DNA of 64,000 nt from Nitrospinota bacterium. Its GTDB lineage: Bacteria; UBA8248. The translations under genes were made by a program, and so were the position numbers. Shown here in pieces: positions 6,767 through 18,353 of the stretch (the first letter of the stretch is position 1; each line of letters opens with the position of its first letter). The notes beneath the pieces are model-generated. The model had not been told where the DNA came from, did not search any database, and worked only from the letters and a program-made list of their open reading frames with translations. The stretch lies in contig JASLZZ010000077.1 of NCBI GenBank assembly GCA_030754595.1, positions 44,577 to 108,576 on the forward strand, written 5' to 3'.

Positions 6767-8983
6767 ACCACCGTTAAAAAGCCCCTCTCCGGTCTCTCTC
6801 CTCCTACACCTTTCCGTCGGCTCGGTGCCCTGGACGAATGCCTCGGTCACTGTCTTGCCGGGGCAGGCGGGCGAGGGGAGAAGGCCGGTGCGCGCGTCGA
6901 TCCGGACGAGGGCGACGCCGGGCGGGGGGGTGGCGGTGAGGGGGGGCTCGCGCCGGTCGAGCCAGAATTTCATGATGCGGGTCCAGATGGGGAGGGCGGC
7001 GGAGCCCCCCGAGGCGCGGTAGCCCATCTGTTTGTTGTCGTCGCGGCCGACCCAGACGCCGAGGATGAGGTCGTCGGTGAAGCCGATGAACCAGGCGTCG
7101 CGGTATTCGTTCGTTGTGCCGGTCTTGCCGGCAACGAAGCCGGGGAGCTTGAGGGCCCGCCGGGCGGTGCCCGAGAGGACGACGCCGCGGAGCATGGAGC
7201 GAATCTGGTAGGCGACCTCGGGGGAGATGGCGCGGTGGGTCTGGGGGACGTTCTCCTCGAGGATGCGGTGGCCGGCGTCGGTGACCTTGACGATGTCGTA
7301 GGGCCGGGCGTGGATGCCGCCGGTGGCGAAGGGGATGTAGGCGGAGGTGAACTCGTAGGGGGTGATCTCGAAGGCGCCCAGCGCGAGCGAGAGGTAGGGC
7401 ATAAGCGGGGCGCGAATGCCGAGGCGCCGGGCGAAGGTGATGGCGGTCTTGGGCTTGATCTGGTCGAGGAGTTTGATGGTGGCGAGGTTGATGGATTTTT
7501 CGAGGGCGAAGCGCATGGTCACGGGTCCGTAGAATTTGTTGGTGTAGTTGCGGGGCTTCCACTCCTTGAGGGTGCCGGGCATGCGGCGGACGAAGGGCGA
7601 GTCCATGAGGATTTGCGCGGGCGTGTAGCCCTTGAAGAGGGCGGCGGCCATGATGACGGGCTTGAAGGCGGAGCCGGGCGAGCGGCGGGCCTGGGTGGCG
7701 CGGTCGAACTGAAAGCGGCGGAAATTCGTGCCGCCGGCGAGGGCGCGGAGGGCGCCGGTGCGCGGGTCGAAGGCGACGGCGGCGCCCTGGACGGTGTCCT
7801 GCCACTCGAGGGTCATTGTCTTTCCGTCGCGGTCGACCCGGATCACCCGGCCGAGGACGAGGTCGCCCTCGCGGAGGGCGTGCGCGTCGATGCGGCCGGG
7901 TATCTCGAGGGCGGCTTCGTAGCCGCGAACCGCGGCGCGGACGACCCCGCCGCCCAGCTCGGCGATGCGCAGTTGATACTTATCGCCCAGCCGGGGCGGG
8001 CGCCGGCGCTTCCAGCCGGCGGGCAGGAACCCCCGGCGGCGGTTGATCTCCTCGATGCCCTTGAGGAGGGCGGCGTGCACGATTTTCTGGAGGCCCAGGT
8101 CGAGCGTGGTGTGGATCGAGAGGCCGCTCCGGTACAGGGCGGGGCCGTAGCGGCGGCCCAGCTGCCGGCGGATGCGTTCGGCGAAGTAGGCCAGCTCGGG
8201 GGCGGTGTTCGTGGCGCGGGGGACGAGGTGAATCGGCTCGCCGGCGGCGGCGCGCTCTTGCTCGGGGGTGATGAAGCCGACCTCGCGCATGCGCTGGAGG
8301 ACGAGGCGGCGGCGGCCCAGGGACCGCTTGGGGTTGGTGCGCGGATTGAAGCGCGAGGGGGCCTTGGGCAGCCCGGCGATGGTGGCCGCTTCGGGGAGGG
8401 TGAGCTGGCTCACGGCCTTTCCGAAGTAGCCGCGCGCGGCGGCCTCGACGCCGTAGGCCCCGCTGCCGAGATATATCTGATTGAGATAGAACTCCAGGAT
8501 TTCGTCCTTGGTGAACCGCCGCTCGATTTCGAGGGCGAGGAGGGCTTCTTTGATCTTGCGCTTGAGAGTGCGCTCGGAGGTGAGAAAGAGGACCTTGGCG
8601 AGCTGCTGGGTAATCGTCGAGCCCCCCTGGACGAGCCGCTGCGCCCGTATGTTGCGCCAGAAGGCGCGGACGATGTCGCGCGTGCTCACCCCGGGGTGCT
8701 TGTAGAAGCGCGCGTCCTCGATGGCGAGGATGGCCTGCCGCATCCGGGCGGGGATTCTCGATAGGGAGATCGGCACCCTGCGCTCCTGGTAGAGTTCGGA
8801 GATAAGCTGGCCGTCGCGGGCGTGTATCCGCGTGATGGTGCTGGGCCTGTAGTTGCGCAGGTATTTGAGTTCCGGGAAGTCGTAGAGATAGGAAAAGCCC
8901 ATGCCCGCCCCGGCGCCGGTCAGTAAGGCGAAAGCGGCCAGGATCAGAAATATTTTCCGGCGTTTGGGTTTGCTCGATTCCAA
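6764..8983 (-). CDS. mrcA: Class A penicillin-binding protein 1A
   Basis: N-terminal TM. Transglycosylase motifs EDARFYKH, QGGSTITQQLAK, RKIKE, YLNQIY. Transpeptidase motifs SAFK, SIN, KTG. Confidence 0.94.
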   Translation of the reverse strand: MESSKPKRRKIFLILAAFALLTGAGAGMGFSYLYDFPELKYLRNYRPSTITRIHARDGQLISELYQERRVPISLSRIPARMRQAILAIEDARFYKHPGVSTRDIVRAFWRNIRAQRLVQGGSTITQQLAKVLFLTSERTLKRKIKEALLALEIERRFTKDEILEFYLNQIYLGSGAYGVEAAARGYFGKAVSQLTLPEAATIAGLPKAPSRFNPRTNPKRSLGRRRLVLQRMREVGFITPEQERAAAGEPIHLVPRATNTAPELAYFAERIRRQLGRRYGPALYRSGLSIHTTLDLGLQKIVHAALLKGIEEINRRRGFLPAGWKRRRPPRLGDKYQLRIAELGGGVVRAAVRGYEAALEIPGRIDAHALREGDLVLGRVIRVDRDGKTMTLEWQDTVQGAAVAFDPRTGALRALAGGTNFRRFQFDRATQARRSPGSAFKPVIMAAALFKGYTPAQILMDSPFVRRMPGTLKEWKPRNYTNKFYGPVTMRFALEKSINLATIKLLDQIKPKTAITFARRLGIRAPLMPYLSLALGAFEITPYEFTSAYIPFATGGIHARPYDIVKVTDAGHRILEENVPQTHRAISPEVAYQIRSMLRGVVLSGTARRALKLPGFVAGKTGTTNEYRDAWFIGFTDDLILGVWVGRDDNKQMGYRASGGSAALPIWTRIMKFWLDRREPPLTATPPPGVALVRIDARTGLLPSPACPGKTVTEAFVQGTEPTERCRRRETGEGLFNGG

Positions 8984-9209
8984 GGGGTCACCTCACGGCG
9001 CGAGCCGGGCGGCCGGGCGAAAATTCACCGGGTGGCTGCGCGAGTCATCTCGCCGCAGGATAAAACGCGCTCTTGACCGCCGCAACCGGAGAGCCGCAAG
9101 AGGGGCGCCGCGACCGGAGCGTTGCCAGAGACTCCCCGCGGGGCGTTCGGGATGTTCTAAATACCCGGATGCCCCGGGCGGTGTGTTTTCCTGAATGCCG
9201 ATCGAGGCG

Positions 9210-9236
9210 TTGACAAGGCGGGGCTCGAAATAAGAT
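9210..9236 (+). promoter_or_regulatory. Possible sigma70 promoter for the HNH-uvrBC run
   Basis: Perfect TTGACA at 9210 and TAAGAT at 9231. The spacer is only 15 nt, so the -10 is uncertain. Confidence 0.35.
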
Positions 9237-9304
9237 AAAGGTTTTCTAGCCCGTAACCGTTTCTTCGAGATTCATCCAGTTTCCGCTCGTAATAGGGAGG
9301 TGGC

Positions 9305-9829
9305 ATGATCGAAGCCGTGCGCGTTCTTGTGCTCAATCAGACCTACGAGCCCATTAATGTGTGCGGCGCGCGGCGCGCGGTCCGGATGATGCTCCTCGGT
9401 AAGGCGGAGACCATCGAGGTGGACGGGTTCATGGTCCGCAGCGAGCGGCTTAATTTCCGCCTCCCGGTGGTGATTCGCCTCCTCCGCTACGTCCGGGTTC
9501 CCCGCAAGGCTGAGGCCCCCTTTTCGAAGAAAAATGTTTTCCGCCGCGACGGGCACACCTGTCAGTACTGCGGCTCGCCCAACGAGCTGACCCTCGACCA
9601 TATCTCCCCCCTCTCAAGGGGCGGGCGCACGACCTGGGAGAACGTCGTATGCTGTTGCCGGAAGTGCAACGCCCGAAAGGGAAACCGCCTGCCCGAGGAG
9701 GCGGAGATGCGGCTGCTTCGCCCGGCCCGCAAACCCAGGTACTATTCATTCGAGTGGATGAACCCGCGCATGACCGCCTCGCCCCATCTGAGGTGGGAGA
9801 AATACCTCGACCCCTTCGGCGGCTCCTGA
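9305..9829 (+). CDS. HNH endonuclease (McrA-like, zinc-binding)
   Basis: VLVLNQTYEP..RDGHTCQYCG..LTLDHISPLSRGG..WENVVCCCRKCNARKG. GGGAGG RBS. Confidence 0.92.
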   Translation: MIEAVRVLVLNQTYEPINVCGARRAVRMMLLGKAETIEVDGFMVRSERLNFRLPVVIRLLRYVRVPRKAEAPFSKKNVFRRDGHTCQYCGSPNELTLDHISPLSRGGRTTWENVVCCCRKCNARKGNRLPEEAEMRLLRPARKPRYYSFEWMNPRMTASPHLRWEKYLDPFGGS

Positions 9830-9976
9830 GCCGCCGCCCCCTGTTCGGGCGCCCTGGCCTTGAGCAGATGGCCTGACCGCCCCCGGACCTTTATTAACTC
9901 GCCTTGATTCGGTAAATTAGCCTGTTTGGGTTTCGTTTATTTCGCGCCGCCTCTTAAACGATGGGTTTTCCAGCCG

Positions 9977-11995
9977 ATGGGCGAGTTTCAGCTTACCTCC
10001 GATTTTCAACCCGCCGCGGATCAGCCCCAGGCTATCGACGCCCTCGTGGAGGGCTTAGAAGCCGGCGAACGCCAGCAGGTCCTCCTCGGGGTAACCGGTT
10101 CGGGAAAAACCTTCACCATGGCGAACGTCATCGCCCGCCTGGAGAAGCCCACCCTCGTCATCGCCCACAACAAGACTCTCGCCGCCCAGCTTTTCAATGA
10201 GTTCAAGGGCTTTTTTCCGCACAACGCGGTCGAATATTTTGTCAGCTACTACGATTACTATCAGCCCGAGGCCTACGTCGCGACGACAGACACATACATC
10301 GAAAAAGACTCCGCCATCAACGACGAACTGGACCGGCTGCGCCACTCGGCCACCCGGTCCGCCCTCACCCGGCGCGATATCATCATCGTCGCCAGCGTCA
10401 GTTCGATTTACGGTCTCGGCTCCCCGTCCGACTACTACGACCTTCACATTCACCTCGAGCGCGGCCAGGAGATGAACCGCGAGGAATTGCTCGCCCAGCT
10501 CGTCCGCATCCAGTACACCCGCAACGACATCGAACTCGTCCGCGCCTCGTTCCGCGCGCGGGGAGACGTGGTGGAACTCCTCCCCGCTCACGAGGAAGAC
10601 GAGGCCATCCGCGTCGAATTCTTCGGGGATGAAATCGACGAAATCAGCGAGATCGACCCCCTGCGCGGGACCGTGCTCAGGCCGATCGATCAAATCGAGA
10701 TTTACCCGAACAGCCACTACATCACCCCCGAAGAGCGCCTGTCGCGGGCGATGGAGAACATCGAGGAAGAGCTTTGGGCCCATGTGACCGAACTCAACGC
10801 CGAGGGACTCGAACTCGAGGCGCAACGCGTCCGCCAGCGGACCCTCCAAGATATGGAAATGCTTCGCGAGGTGGGCTACTGCCACGGCGTCGAGAATTAC
10901 AGCCGCCACCTAGACGGCCGCGAGCCCGGCCAGCCGCCGGCGACGCTGTTTTCCTATTTGGCGAAGGACCATCTCGTCATCGTGGACGAGAGCCACCAGA
11001 GCGTTCCCCAGATCCGGGCGATGTATAAGGGCGATCGTTCGCGGAAGGAAAACCTCGTCCGCTACGGTTTCCGTCTCCCCTCGGCCCTCGACAACCGGCC
11101 GCTCAAATTCGAGGAGTTCGAGGAAGAGGCGGCCAGCGTAGTCTACACCTCGGCCACGCCGGGGCCCTACGAACTGGAAAAAAGCGGGGGTGTTGTCGTC
11201 GAGCAGCTTCTTCGGCCGACCGGGCTGGTGGACCCCCCGGTGGAGATTCGCCCTGTGCAGGGCCAGGTGGACGATTTGCTCGCCGAGGTTCGCAAATCGG
11301 CCGAGTGCGGCGAGCGGGTTCTCGTCACCACCCTGACCAAGCGGTTCTCCGAGGACCTGACCGAGTATTACGAAGACCTCGGCGTCCGCGTCCGCTACAT
11401 GCACAGCGACATCGAGACCCTCGAGCGCGTGAAAATCATCCGCGATCTGCGCTCGGGAGAGTTCGACGTGCTGATTGGAATCAATCTGTTGAGGGAGGGG
11501 CTCGACCTGCCCGAGGTGGCGCTCGTGGCCATCTTCGACGCCGACAAGGAGGGGTTTCTGCGTTCGGAAACCTCGCTGATTCAGACCTCGGGCCGTGCGG
11601 CGCGCCACGTGGACGGGCGGGTGATCATGTATGCGGACCGGATCACCGACTCCATGCGGCGGGCGATGGAAGAGATGGCCCGCCGCCGGAAATTCCAGAT
11701 CGCCTACAACGATGAGAACGGTATCATCCCGCGTTCGATAAGCCGGCGGATGGACGAATTGATCGAAAACGTCGGGGAGTACGACTACGTTGACATAACC
11801 GAGGGCGCGGCGGAGGAGGAGGCTGTCTACGGCGAGATTACAGAGGAGGAGGCCGTGGACCTCGAGGAACTCCGCGTCCGGATGCACGAGGCGGCCCAGA
11901 AGCTGGAATTCGAGAGCGCCGCGGAGCTTCGCGACCGGATCATCGCCATCGAGCGCCGCCAACTCGGCATCCGGAGTGGAGCGCGGGTACAATGA
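9977..11995 (+). CDS. uvrB: Excinuclease ABC subunit B
   Basis: [27 protein letters not shown] beta-hairpin, DESH, GRAAR, C-terminal UVR motif. Confidence 0.98.
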   Translation: MGEFQLTSDFQPAADQPQAIDALVEGLEAGERQQVLLGVTGSGKTFTMANVIARLEKPTLVIAHNKTLAAQLFNEFKGFFPHNAVEYFVSYYDYYQPEAYVATTDTYIEKDSAINDELDRLRHSATRSALTRRDIIIVASVSSIYGLGSPSDYYDLHIHLERGQEMNREELLAQLVRIQYTRNDIELVRASFRARGDVVELLPAHEEDEAIRVEFFGDEIDEISEIDPLRGTVLRPIDQIEIYPNSHYITPEERLSRAMENIEEELWAHVTELNAEGLELEAQRVRQRTLQDMEMLREVGYCHGVENYSRHLDGREPGQPPATLFSYLAKDHLVIVDESHQSVPQIRAMYKGDRSRKENLVRYGFRLPSALDNRPLKFEEFEEEAASVVYTSATPGPYELEKSGGVVVEQLLRPTGLVDPPVEIRPVQGQVDDLLAEVRKSAECGERVLVTTLTKRFSEDLTEYYEDLGVRVRYMHSDIETLERVKIIRDLRSGEFDVLIGINLLREGLDLPEVALVAIFDADKEGFLRSETSLIQTSGRAARHVDGRVIMYADRITDSMRRAMEEMARRRKFQIAYNDENGIIPRSISRRMDELIENVGEYDYVDITEGAAEEEAVYGEITEEEAVDLEELRVRMHEAAQKLEFESAAELRDRIIAIERRQLGIRSGARVQ

Positions 11996-13998
11996 TGGCG
12001 CAAAAGGGTAAAAAGGAAGTCACAGAAGAAGGCGCTTCTCCAGAGACGGATGTCGCCGATGGGGCTCCGGCAGAGGCGGACGCCGCCGAAGGAGCTCCGG
12101 CTCCCGCGCTTTTCGACCGCGAGGCGATCAGACGCCTGCCCGAGAAGCCCGGCATTTATATTTTCAAAAACGAATCGGGCGATGTGCTCTACATCGGCAA
12201 GGCCGTCAAGCTGCGAAGCCGGGTCCGGAGCTACTTTGGAAAATCGACCGGCCGCGGTCCCTGGATCGAAAAAATGGTGGGCGAGGTTTCGTCGGTCGAG
12301 CACATCGTCACCTCAACCGGGGTCGAGGCCCTCATCCTCGAGAACAACTACATTAAGCGGCACAAGCCCCGGCACAACCTTCTCCTGCGCGACGACAAGC
12401 ACTTTCCGTATCTCAAGCTCAGCACGAATGAGGAATACCCCCGCCTGAGCATCGTGCGGAGCCCGGCGGGAGACGGGGCGGAGTACATGGGCCCGTTTCC
12501 GGCCTCGGGGCGCTTGCGCCGGACGATTCGCTTCCTGCACAAAACCTTTAATATCCGCGCCTGCACCGGGAGCCTCGACGACAAGACCGCGAAGCGGTGC
12601 ATCTATTATCAGATGGGCCAATGTCTTGGCCCCTGCGACGGTCTTCAGACGAAAGAGGAGTACAGCGCGAAGATCGGCGACGCCCTGAACTTTCTCAAGG
12701 GAAAAAACACCGAGCTCGAGGCGAAACTTCGCCGCGATATGGCGGAGCACGCCGAGGCGCTCAGGTTCGAGAAAGCCGCGAGGACGCGCGATCAACTGCG
12801 CGCCATCGAGGTCATGTTCGAAAAACAGGAGATGGTCACCGTCCTCGGCGGAGACCAGGACATCCTCGGCCTCCACCGGAAGGACGACCGGGCGTATTTC
12901 CGGCTCTTCTTCGTGCGCGGGGGGCGGATGTTGGGCGACCAGGGTTTCACCGTCCCCCTGAAGGCCGGGGTGGGCTCGGGGGAGGCCGTATCGGGCTTCG
13001 TGAAGCAGTACTACATGGGACAGTCCTACTTCCCGGCCGAGGTTCTGCTGTCCGCGCCGCCGCCGGATGCGGAGTTGATCGCCCGGTGGCTCTCCGAGCG
13101 CCGGGGACGGAAGGTGGCGGTCCTCACCCCCCGGCGGGGAGGGAAGCGCCGCCTGGTCGAGATGGCCTCCGAAAACGCCGGGGAATCGCTCGAGCGCGAC
13201 GAGGTGCGCCTGAGCAAGGACCAGGCGACGCTCGAAGCGATCTGCCGGGCGCTGGGGCTGGACGATCTACCCGCCCGCATCGAGGCGTTTGATATTTCGA
13301 ATCTGCACGGAAGCCATATTGTCGGCGCGAGCGTGACCTTCCGCGAGGGGCGCCCGCTCAAGGACGGCTATCGCCGCTACCGGATTCGATCGGTTGTCGG
13401 ACAAGCCGATGATTTCGCGGCGATGCGCGAGATTGTCTCGCGGCGCATGGAGCGAATCGTGAACGAGGGGAGCGAGAAGCCCGGCCTGATTCTCATCGAC
13501 GGCGGAAAAGGGCAACTCTCCTCGGCCGCCCAGGCGCTCGAGGAGGTGGGCGTCGCCGACCTCGGGCTTTGCTCGATCTCGAAGGGAAGGACGAAGGATA
13601 ACCCCGGGGATCAGGATGTATTCTTCCTGCCGGGGGTCTCGGATCCGGTGCGGATGGAGGAGGGCAGCCCCGAAAAGCTCCTCCTCCAGCGGATCCGCGA
13701 CGAGGTGCACCGCTTCGCTGTGACCTATCACCGCAGTCGCCGCGCGAAGGAGGAACTCCACAGCGGCCTCGACGACGTGCCGGGCCTCGGCCCGAAGCGG
13801 CGCCGGGATCTCCTCCGCGCCTTCGGGAGCCTGCGTGGGGTGGTCGATGCCACGGACGAGCAGCTTCTTGTCGTCGCCGGGATCACCCCCCGGTTGGTGG
13901 GGGCCATCCGGGAGCATCTCGGCGGGCGCGAGAATGCGGAATTGCCGGCGGGAGCGGAATTTAAAGCGGGACCGGCGGGAGAGGAGCACGCACCTTGA
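11992..13998 (+). CDS. uvrC: Excinuclease ABC subunit C
   Basis: GIY..YIGKA (GIY-YIG), Cys cluster, UVR motif, [25 protein letters not shown], HhH domain. Confidence 0.97.
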   Translation: MMAQKGKKEVTEEGASPETDVADGAPAEADAAEGAPAPALFDREAIRRLPEKPGIYIFKNESGDVLYIGKAVKLRSRVRSYFGKSTGRGPWIEKMVGEVSSVEHIVTSTGVEALILENNYIKRHKPRHNLLLRDDKHFPYLKLSTNEEYPRLSIVRSPAGDGAEYMGPFPASGRLRRTIRFLHKTFNIRACTGSLDDKTAKRCIYYQMGQCLGPCDGLQTKEEYSAKIGDALNFLKGKNTELEAKLRRDMAEHAEALRFEKAARTRDQLRAIEVMFEKQEMVTVLGGDQDILGLHRKDDRAYFRLFFVRGGRMLGDQGFTVPLKAGVGSGEAVSGFVKQYYMGQSYFPAEVLLSAPPPDAELIARWLSERRGRKVAVLTPRRGGKRRLVEMASENAGESLERDEVRLSKDQATLEAICRALGLDDLPARIEAFDISNLHGSHIVGASVTFREGRPLKDGYRRYRIRSVVGQADDFAAMREIVSRRMERIVNEGSEKPGLILIDGGKGQLSSAAQALEEVGVADLGLCSISKGRTKDNPGDQDVFFLPGVSDPVRMEEGSPEKLLLQRIRDEVHRFAVTYHRSRRAKEELHSGLDDVPGLGPKRRRDLLRAFGSLRGVVDATDEQLLVVAGITPRLVGAIREHLGGRENAELPAGAEFKAGPAGEEHAP

Positions 13999-15527
13999 GG
14001 TCGCGCGATGTGGGTTATGCCGCCTTCTCGGGGATTTTGCTGGGCTTTTTGTTCCCACCTTTCTCCTTTGAGGCGATTGCGTGGGTGGCGCTCTTTCCGC
14101 TCCTTTGGGTCCTCGACCGGAGACATCCGCTCGACGGGCTGATCCTCGGCTTCGTGGCCGGGTTTGTCGGCTATTTGATCATCATTTGGTGGGTCGAGGT
14201 GACGATGGTCAACTACGGGGGGCTGCCCTCGCCGCTGGCCTGGCTCCTGGCGGTGACCCTCGCGGCCTATGTCGGGCTCTACGTGGGCGCTTTCGGCTAC
14301 CTTCTGATCTGGATTACGCCCGAGGCGGGCTACGCCCGCATGTTCATGGCCCCGGTCCTCTGGGTCGCCCTCGAACTCGCCCGCGCCTATTTTCTCTCGG
14401 GCTTTCCTTGGGCGCTGCTCGGCTACAGCCAATACAGCATCCTGCCGGTTATCCAGATCGCCGATCTTTTCGGCGTCTACGGCGTCTCGTTTTTCATTGT
14501 CCTGATCAACGCGGTCTTTTGGCATTTTTTCCGCCACCCGGACCGCGCTCCCTTCGTCGTTCTCGGCGGCGGGGTGGCCTTGGCGGCGCTCGTGCAGGGC
14601 TACGGGTACCTCAGGCTCCTCGAGGTGCCGGGGGAGATGGGTCCTCCCCGGCCCGTCGGGATCGTCCAGCCCGACACCCGGCCCTCCACGAAGTGGAAGC
14701 CGGGGCGGCGGGAGGCCATCGTGGGAGATCTCGAAAAGCTGACCGAGGCCCTGGCCGCGGATTTCAGCGGCCGGGGCAGGCCCGTTCCGCCGCTCATCGT
14801 CTGGCCCGAGGCGGCGGCCCCGTTCGTCTACTCCGAGGAGCCTCGGTGGCAAAAGCGCCTCGCCGAAATCGCCGAGCGCGCGGGGAGCTATCTCCTGTTC
14901 GGCTCACTCTCGGCGAGACGGGCGGAGGGGGATCCCAGGCTCTACAACTCGGCCTATCTTCTGGGGCCGGACGGCACGAGCGCGGGCCGCTACGACAAGA
15001 TGCATCTGGTTCCGTTCGGCGAATATATTCCGCTGCGCTGGCTTTTGTTTTTCGTGGAGAAATTCGTCCCCATCATCGGGCGGTTCGGCGAGGGGGAGGA
15101 AGCCCGAATTTTCGATGTACCCGGAGGGAAATTCGGGGTCCTCATCTGCTTTGAGGTGATTTTCCCCCGTGTCGTCAGGCGCATGGCCGGGTCGGGATTT
15201 CTCGTCAACATCACCAACGACGCCTGGTTCGGGCGCACGGCCGCCTCCGAGCAACATCTTTCGATGGCGGCGATGAGGGCGGTGGAGCTGCGCACCCCGA
15301 TTGTGCGCGCCGCGAACACCGGAATCAGCGCCATCATCGATGCCACCGGGGCAATTCGCCTCAGGAGCCCGATATTTGAAAAGTGGCGGTGGGCCGGAGT
15401 CGTCTCGCCCCGGAAGGCCTCTCCCACCCTCTATGCACGGGTGGGGGACATCTTTGCCCTCGTGTGCTTCGCCGTAATGCTGCTCATGGGATGGCTGGCG
15501 GTGGTCCGCGGTCATCCGCGGTTATGA
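13995..15527 (+). CDS. lnt: Apolipoprotein N-acyltransferase
   Basis: Multiple TMs, GFPW..LGYSQ, nitrilase-fold triad WPE / YDKMHLVPFGEY / LICFE, NDAWFG, RAANTGIS. Confidence 0.96.
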   Translation: MRSRDVGYAAFSGILLGFLFPPFSFEAIAWVALFPLLWVLDRRHPLDGLILGFVAGFVGYLIIIWWVEVTMVNYGGLPSPLAWLLAVTLAAYVGLYVGAFGYLLIWITPEAGYARMFMAPVLWVALELARAYFLSGFPWALLGYSQYSILPVIQIADLFGVYGVSFFIVLINAVFWHFFRHPDRAPFVVLGGGVALAALVQGYGYLRLLEVPGEMGPPRPVGIVQPDTRPSTKWKPGRREAIVGDLEKLTEALAADFSGRGRPVPPLIVWPEAAAPFVYSEEPRWQKRLAEIAERAGSYLLFGSLSARRAEGDPRLYNSAYLLGPDGTSAGRYDKMHLVPFGEYIPLRWLLFFVEKFVPIIGRFGEGEEARIFDVPGGKFGVLICFEVIFPRVVRRMAGSGFLVNITNDAWFGRTAASEQHLSMAAMRAVELRTPIVRAANTGISAIIDATGAIRLRSPIFEKWRWAGVVSPRKASPTLYARVGDIFALVCFAVMLLMGWLAVVRGHPRL

Positions 15528-15595
15528 TATGATTGTCGCCGGTCGCCCGGCAGCAATTGCTTAAAAATGCGCTCCCGCGCAGAGGTGAGAAATCG

Positions 15596-16727
15596 ATGGA
15601 AGAGTATCTGAAGAAAATCGACTGGCTCGAAGCGCGGCTCCTTGAACTCCGAGGTCGGCTTTGACCTCGACGAACTCGAAGCCGAGTGCGCCAGGCTGGA
15701 CAAACTCGCCGCCGGCGAGAAGTTCTGGGACGACGCGGACGCGGCCCAACACACCCTGAAGCGGCGTGCCTCCCTCCAGCGGACGATCGACGCCTGGGCC
15801 GACCTCCAGAAAAGACTCACCGAACAAAGCGAACTCACCCAACTCATGGAAATGGAGGAGGGCGCCCCCGATCCGGATCTGCTCGGCGAACTCGGTGAAG
15901 CCCTCGAGGCCATCGAAGCGGAGCAAGGACGCCTCGAATTTCGCCTTGTAATGGACTCCGAGGAAGACCCTGGCAACGCAATCCTTTCGGTGAACGCCGG
16001 GGCGGGCGGGGTGGAGAGCCAGGATTGGGCCGAAATCCTCATCCGGATGTACGCCCGGTGGGCGGAAGCCCACGGCTGCACGGCCAAGCTGGTCTCGGTC
16101 CTGCCCGGCGAGGAGGCGGGCATCAAGAACGCCACCTTCATCATCGCCGGCGATTACGCCTACGGCTACCTTCGTGCCGAGATGGGCGTCCACCGCCTGG
16201 TGCGAATCTCGCCCTTCGATGCCGCCTCGCGGCGCCACACCTCGTTCGCCTCGGTGGATGTCGTGCCCGAGGTCTCCGACGACGTGGAGATCGAAATCGT
16301 CGAGAGCGATCTGCGCATCGATGTCTACCGCAGCTCGGGCGCCGGCGGCCAGCATGTGAACACAACCGACTCGGCCGTACGCATCACCCATGCGTCCACT
16401 GGCATCGTCGTCACCTGTCAGAACGAGCGGAGCCAGCACAAAAACCGGGCCACGGCGATGAAACTCCTGCGCGGGCAGCTCTATAAGCTCGAGATGCAAA
16501 AACGCGAGGAGGAAAAAGAGCTGCAGCACGCAGCGAAAAAATCGATTAGCTTCGGAAGCCAGATACGGTCCTATATTCTCCATCCTTACCAGATGGTGAA
16601 AGACCACCGAACCGATATTGAAACGTCGAACGTCGATTCCGTTCTCGACGGCGACATCGACAAATTCATCGACGCTTATTTATTGTCCCTGATTGAGAGC
16701 CGGGCCGAGGCGGGCCCCCATAGCTAA
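15596..16727 (+). CDS. prfB: Peptide chain release factor 2 with programmed +1 frameshift
   Basis: ATG 15596 gives MEEYLKKIDWLEARLLELRGRL, then CTT TGA C at 15659-15665. The +1 frame continues DLDELEAE.. with SPF and GGQ motifs. Confidence 0.97.
15650..15665 (+). promoter_or_regulatory. prfB autoregulatory +1 frameshift site
   Basis: CGAGGT-CGG-CTT-TGA-C: internal SD-like sequence 3 nt before the canonical CTTTGAC. Confidence 0.93.
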
Positions 16728-16788
16728 GGCCTCGTGACTAAGGCCTCTCGCACAGGCCATTACCCGCGAGCAAGGAAGCCAGTCACTT

Positions 16789-18351
16789 ATGAGCGAATCG
16801 TCACCAAACAAAAAAGATACCGTCCCGGAAGGGGATTCCGTCCCGGCAGCGGAGGGCCCAATCGGCGAGTTGATCGAACAGCGCCGCCGAAAGCTCGAGG
16901 CCATCCGGGAGGCGGGCGGAAACCCGTTCCCGAACCGCTTCCGGGTCTCTCACCGGATCGGCGAAATTGTCTCGGAGCAGGGCGATCTGACCGAGGAGGG
17001 CTACGACGAGACGAAGGGGCAGCGCTTCGTCGTCGCCGGGCGCGTCATGGCCAAACGGCTCCAGGGCAAGGTCATTTTCATGGATCTGCGCGACGGCAGC
17101 GGGCGGATTCAGCTTTTCATCCGGATGAACGAGCTGGGCGAGGAGAAATTCGCCGCCGCCAAGGAGCTCGACATCGGCGACATCGCGGGCTGCGAGGGGG
17201 GCATTTTCAAAACCCGCACGGGAGAGCTTTCCGTCTGGGTACGGAGGATACATCTGCTTACGAAGAACATGCATCCCTTGCCCGAAAAATGGCACGGCCT
17301 TCAGAACGTCGAGCTTCGCTATCGCCAGCGGTATGTGGACCTGATCGCGAATCCGGACGTGATCGGGATATTCAAGAAACGCTCGCGGATGATCCAGCTC
17401 ATGCGCCGGTTTCTCGACGAGCGGGGGTTCCTCGAGGTGGAGACGCCGATGATGCAATCCATCGCCGGGGGCGCGACGGCGCGGCCTTTCGTCACCCACC
17501 ACAACACCCTCGACATGGACCTTTTCCTCAGGGTGGCGCCTGAGCTCTATCTCAAGCGCCTCGTCGTCGGCGGCATCGACCGGGTTTATGAGATCAACCG
17601 CAATTTCCGGAACGAGGGGATATCCATCCAGCATAATCCCGAGTTCACGATGATCGAGTTCTATATGGCCTATGCCGACTATAACGATCTGATGGACCTC
17701 ACCGAGGAGATGATCGGTGGCATCGCCGAGGAAATCGCCGGCGGCCGCGATGTGACCTACGGCGGCGAGGAGATATCCTTCGCCGCCCCTTGGGCGCGGC
17801 ATGAATGGCGCGAGGCCATCGTCGAACTCGGGGAGGCGCCCCCCGAAGTGCTCGAAAGCGAAGAGGCGGCCCGGACCCACGCTCGCGCCCTGGCGGCGCG
17901 GACGGGCTACCCGATTCCCGACGAGATGGCTCATGTCCACCTGCTTGAATATCTCTTCGAGGAGACGGTGGAGCCCAAGCTCCGCCAGCCGACGTTTATC
18001 TACGACTTCCCGCGGGCGCTCTCGCCCCTTTCGAAGAGCCGGGAGGACGACCTCGAAACGGTCGAGCGCTTCGAGCTCATCATCGCCGGCCGGGAGATAG
18101 CCAACGCCTACACCGAATTGAACGACCCCGATGACCAGAGAGCGCGCTTCGAGGCGCAGGCGGCGGCCCTCGAGGCGGGCGACGAGGAGGCCCACGAGGT
18201 GGACTGGGATTACCTCAGGGCCTTGGAGTACGGCCTGCCGCCCACTGCGGGCGAGGGAATCGGCATCGATCGCCTGATCATGCTCCTGACCGACTCGCAG
18301 TCGATCCGCGACGTGATCCTCTTTCCTCTTCTCAGGAAGATGCAGGACTAG
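16789..18351 (+). CDS. lysS: Lysyl-tRNA synthetase (class II)
   Basis: OB fold, [55 protein letters not shown]. Confidence 0.98.
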   Translation: MSESSPNKKDTVPEGDSVPAAEGPIGELIEQRRRKLEAIREAGGNPFPNRFRVSHRIGEIVSEQGDLTEEGYDETKGQRFVVAGRVMAKRLQGKVIFMDLRDGSGRIQLFIRMNELGEEKFAAAKELDIGDIAGCEGGIFKTRTGELSVWVRRIHLLTKNMHPLPEKWHGLQNVELRYRQRYVDLIANPDVIGIFKKRSRMIQLMRRFLDERGFLEVETPMMQSIAGGATARPFVTHHNTLDMDLFLRVAPELYLKRLVVGGIDRVYEINRNFRNEGISIQHNPEFTMIEFYMAYADYNDLMDLTEEMIGGIAEEIAGGRDVTYGGEEISFAAPWARHEWREAIVELGEAPPEVLESEEAARTHARALAARTGYPIPDEMAHVHLLEYLFEETVEPKLRQPTFIYDFPRALSPLSKSREDDLETVERFELIIAGREIANAYTELNDPDDQRARFEAQAAALEAGDEEAHEVDWDYLRALEYGLPPTAGEGIGIDRLIMLLTDSQSIRDVILFPLLRKMQD

Positions 18352-18353
18352 CC

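Noticed and set aside
8984..9976. LexA/SOS box or ncRNA upstream of HNH-uvrB
   Set aside because: No match seen to CTGT-N8-ACAG, GAAC-N4-GTTC or GTTC-N7-GTTC, and no recognisable tRNA or SRP RNA motif
15596..15664. prfB as a frameshifted pseudogene
   Set aside because: The break is the canonical programmed CTT-TGA-C site
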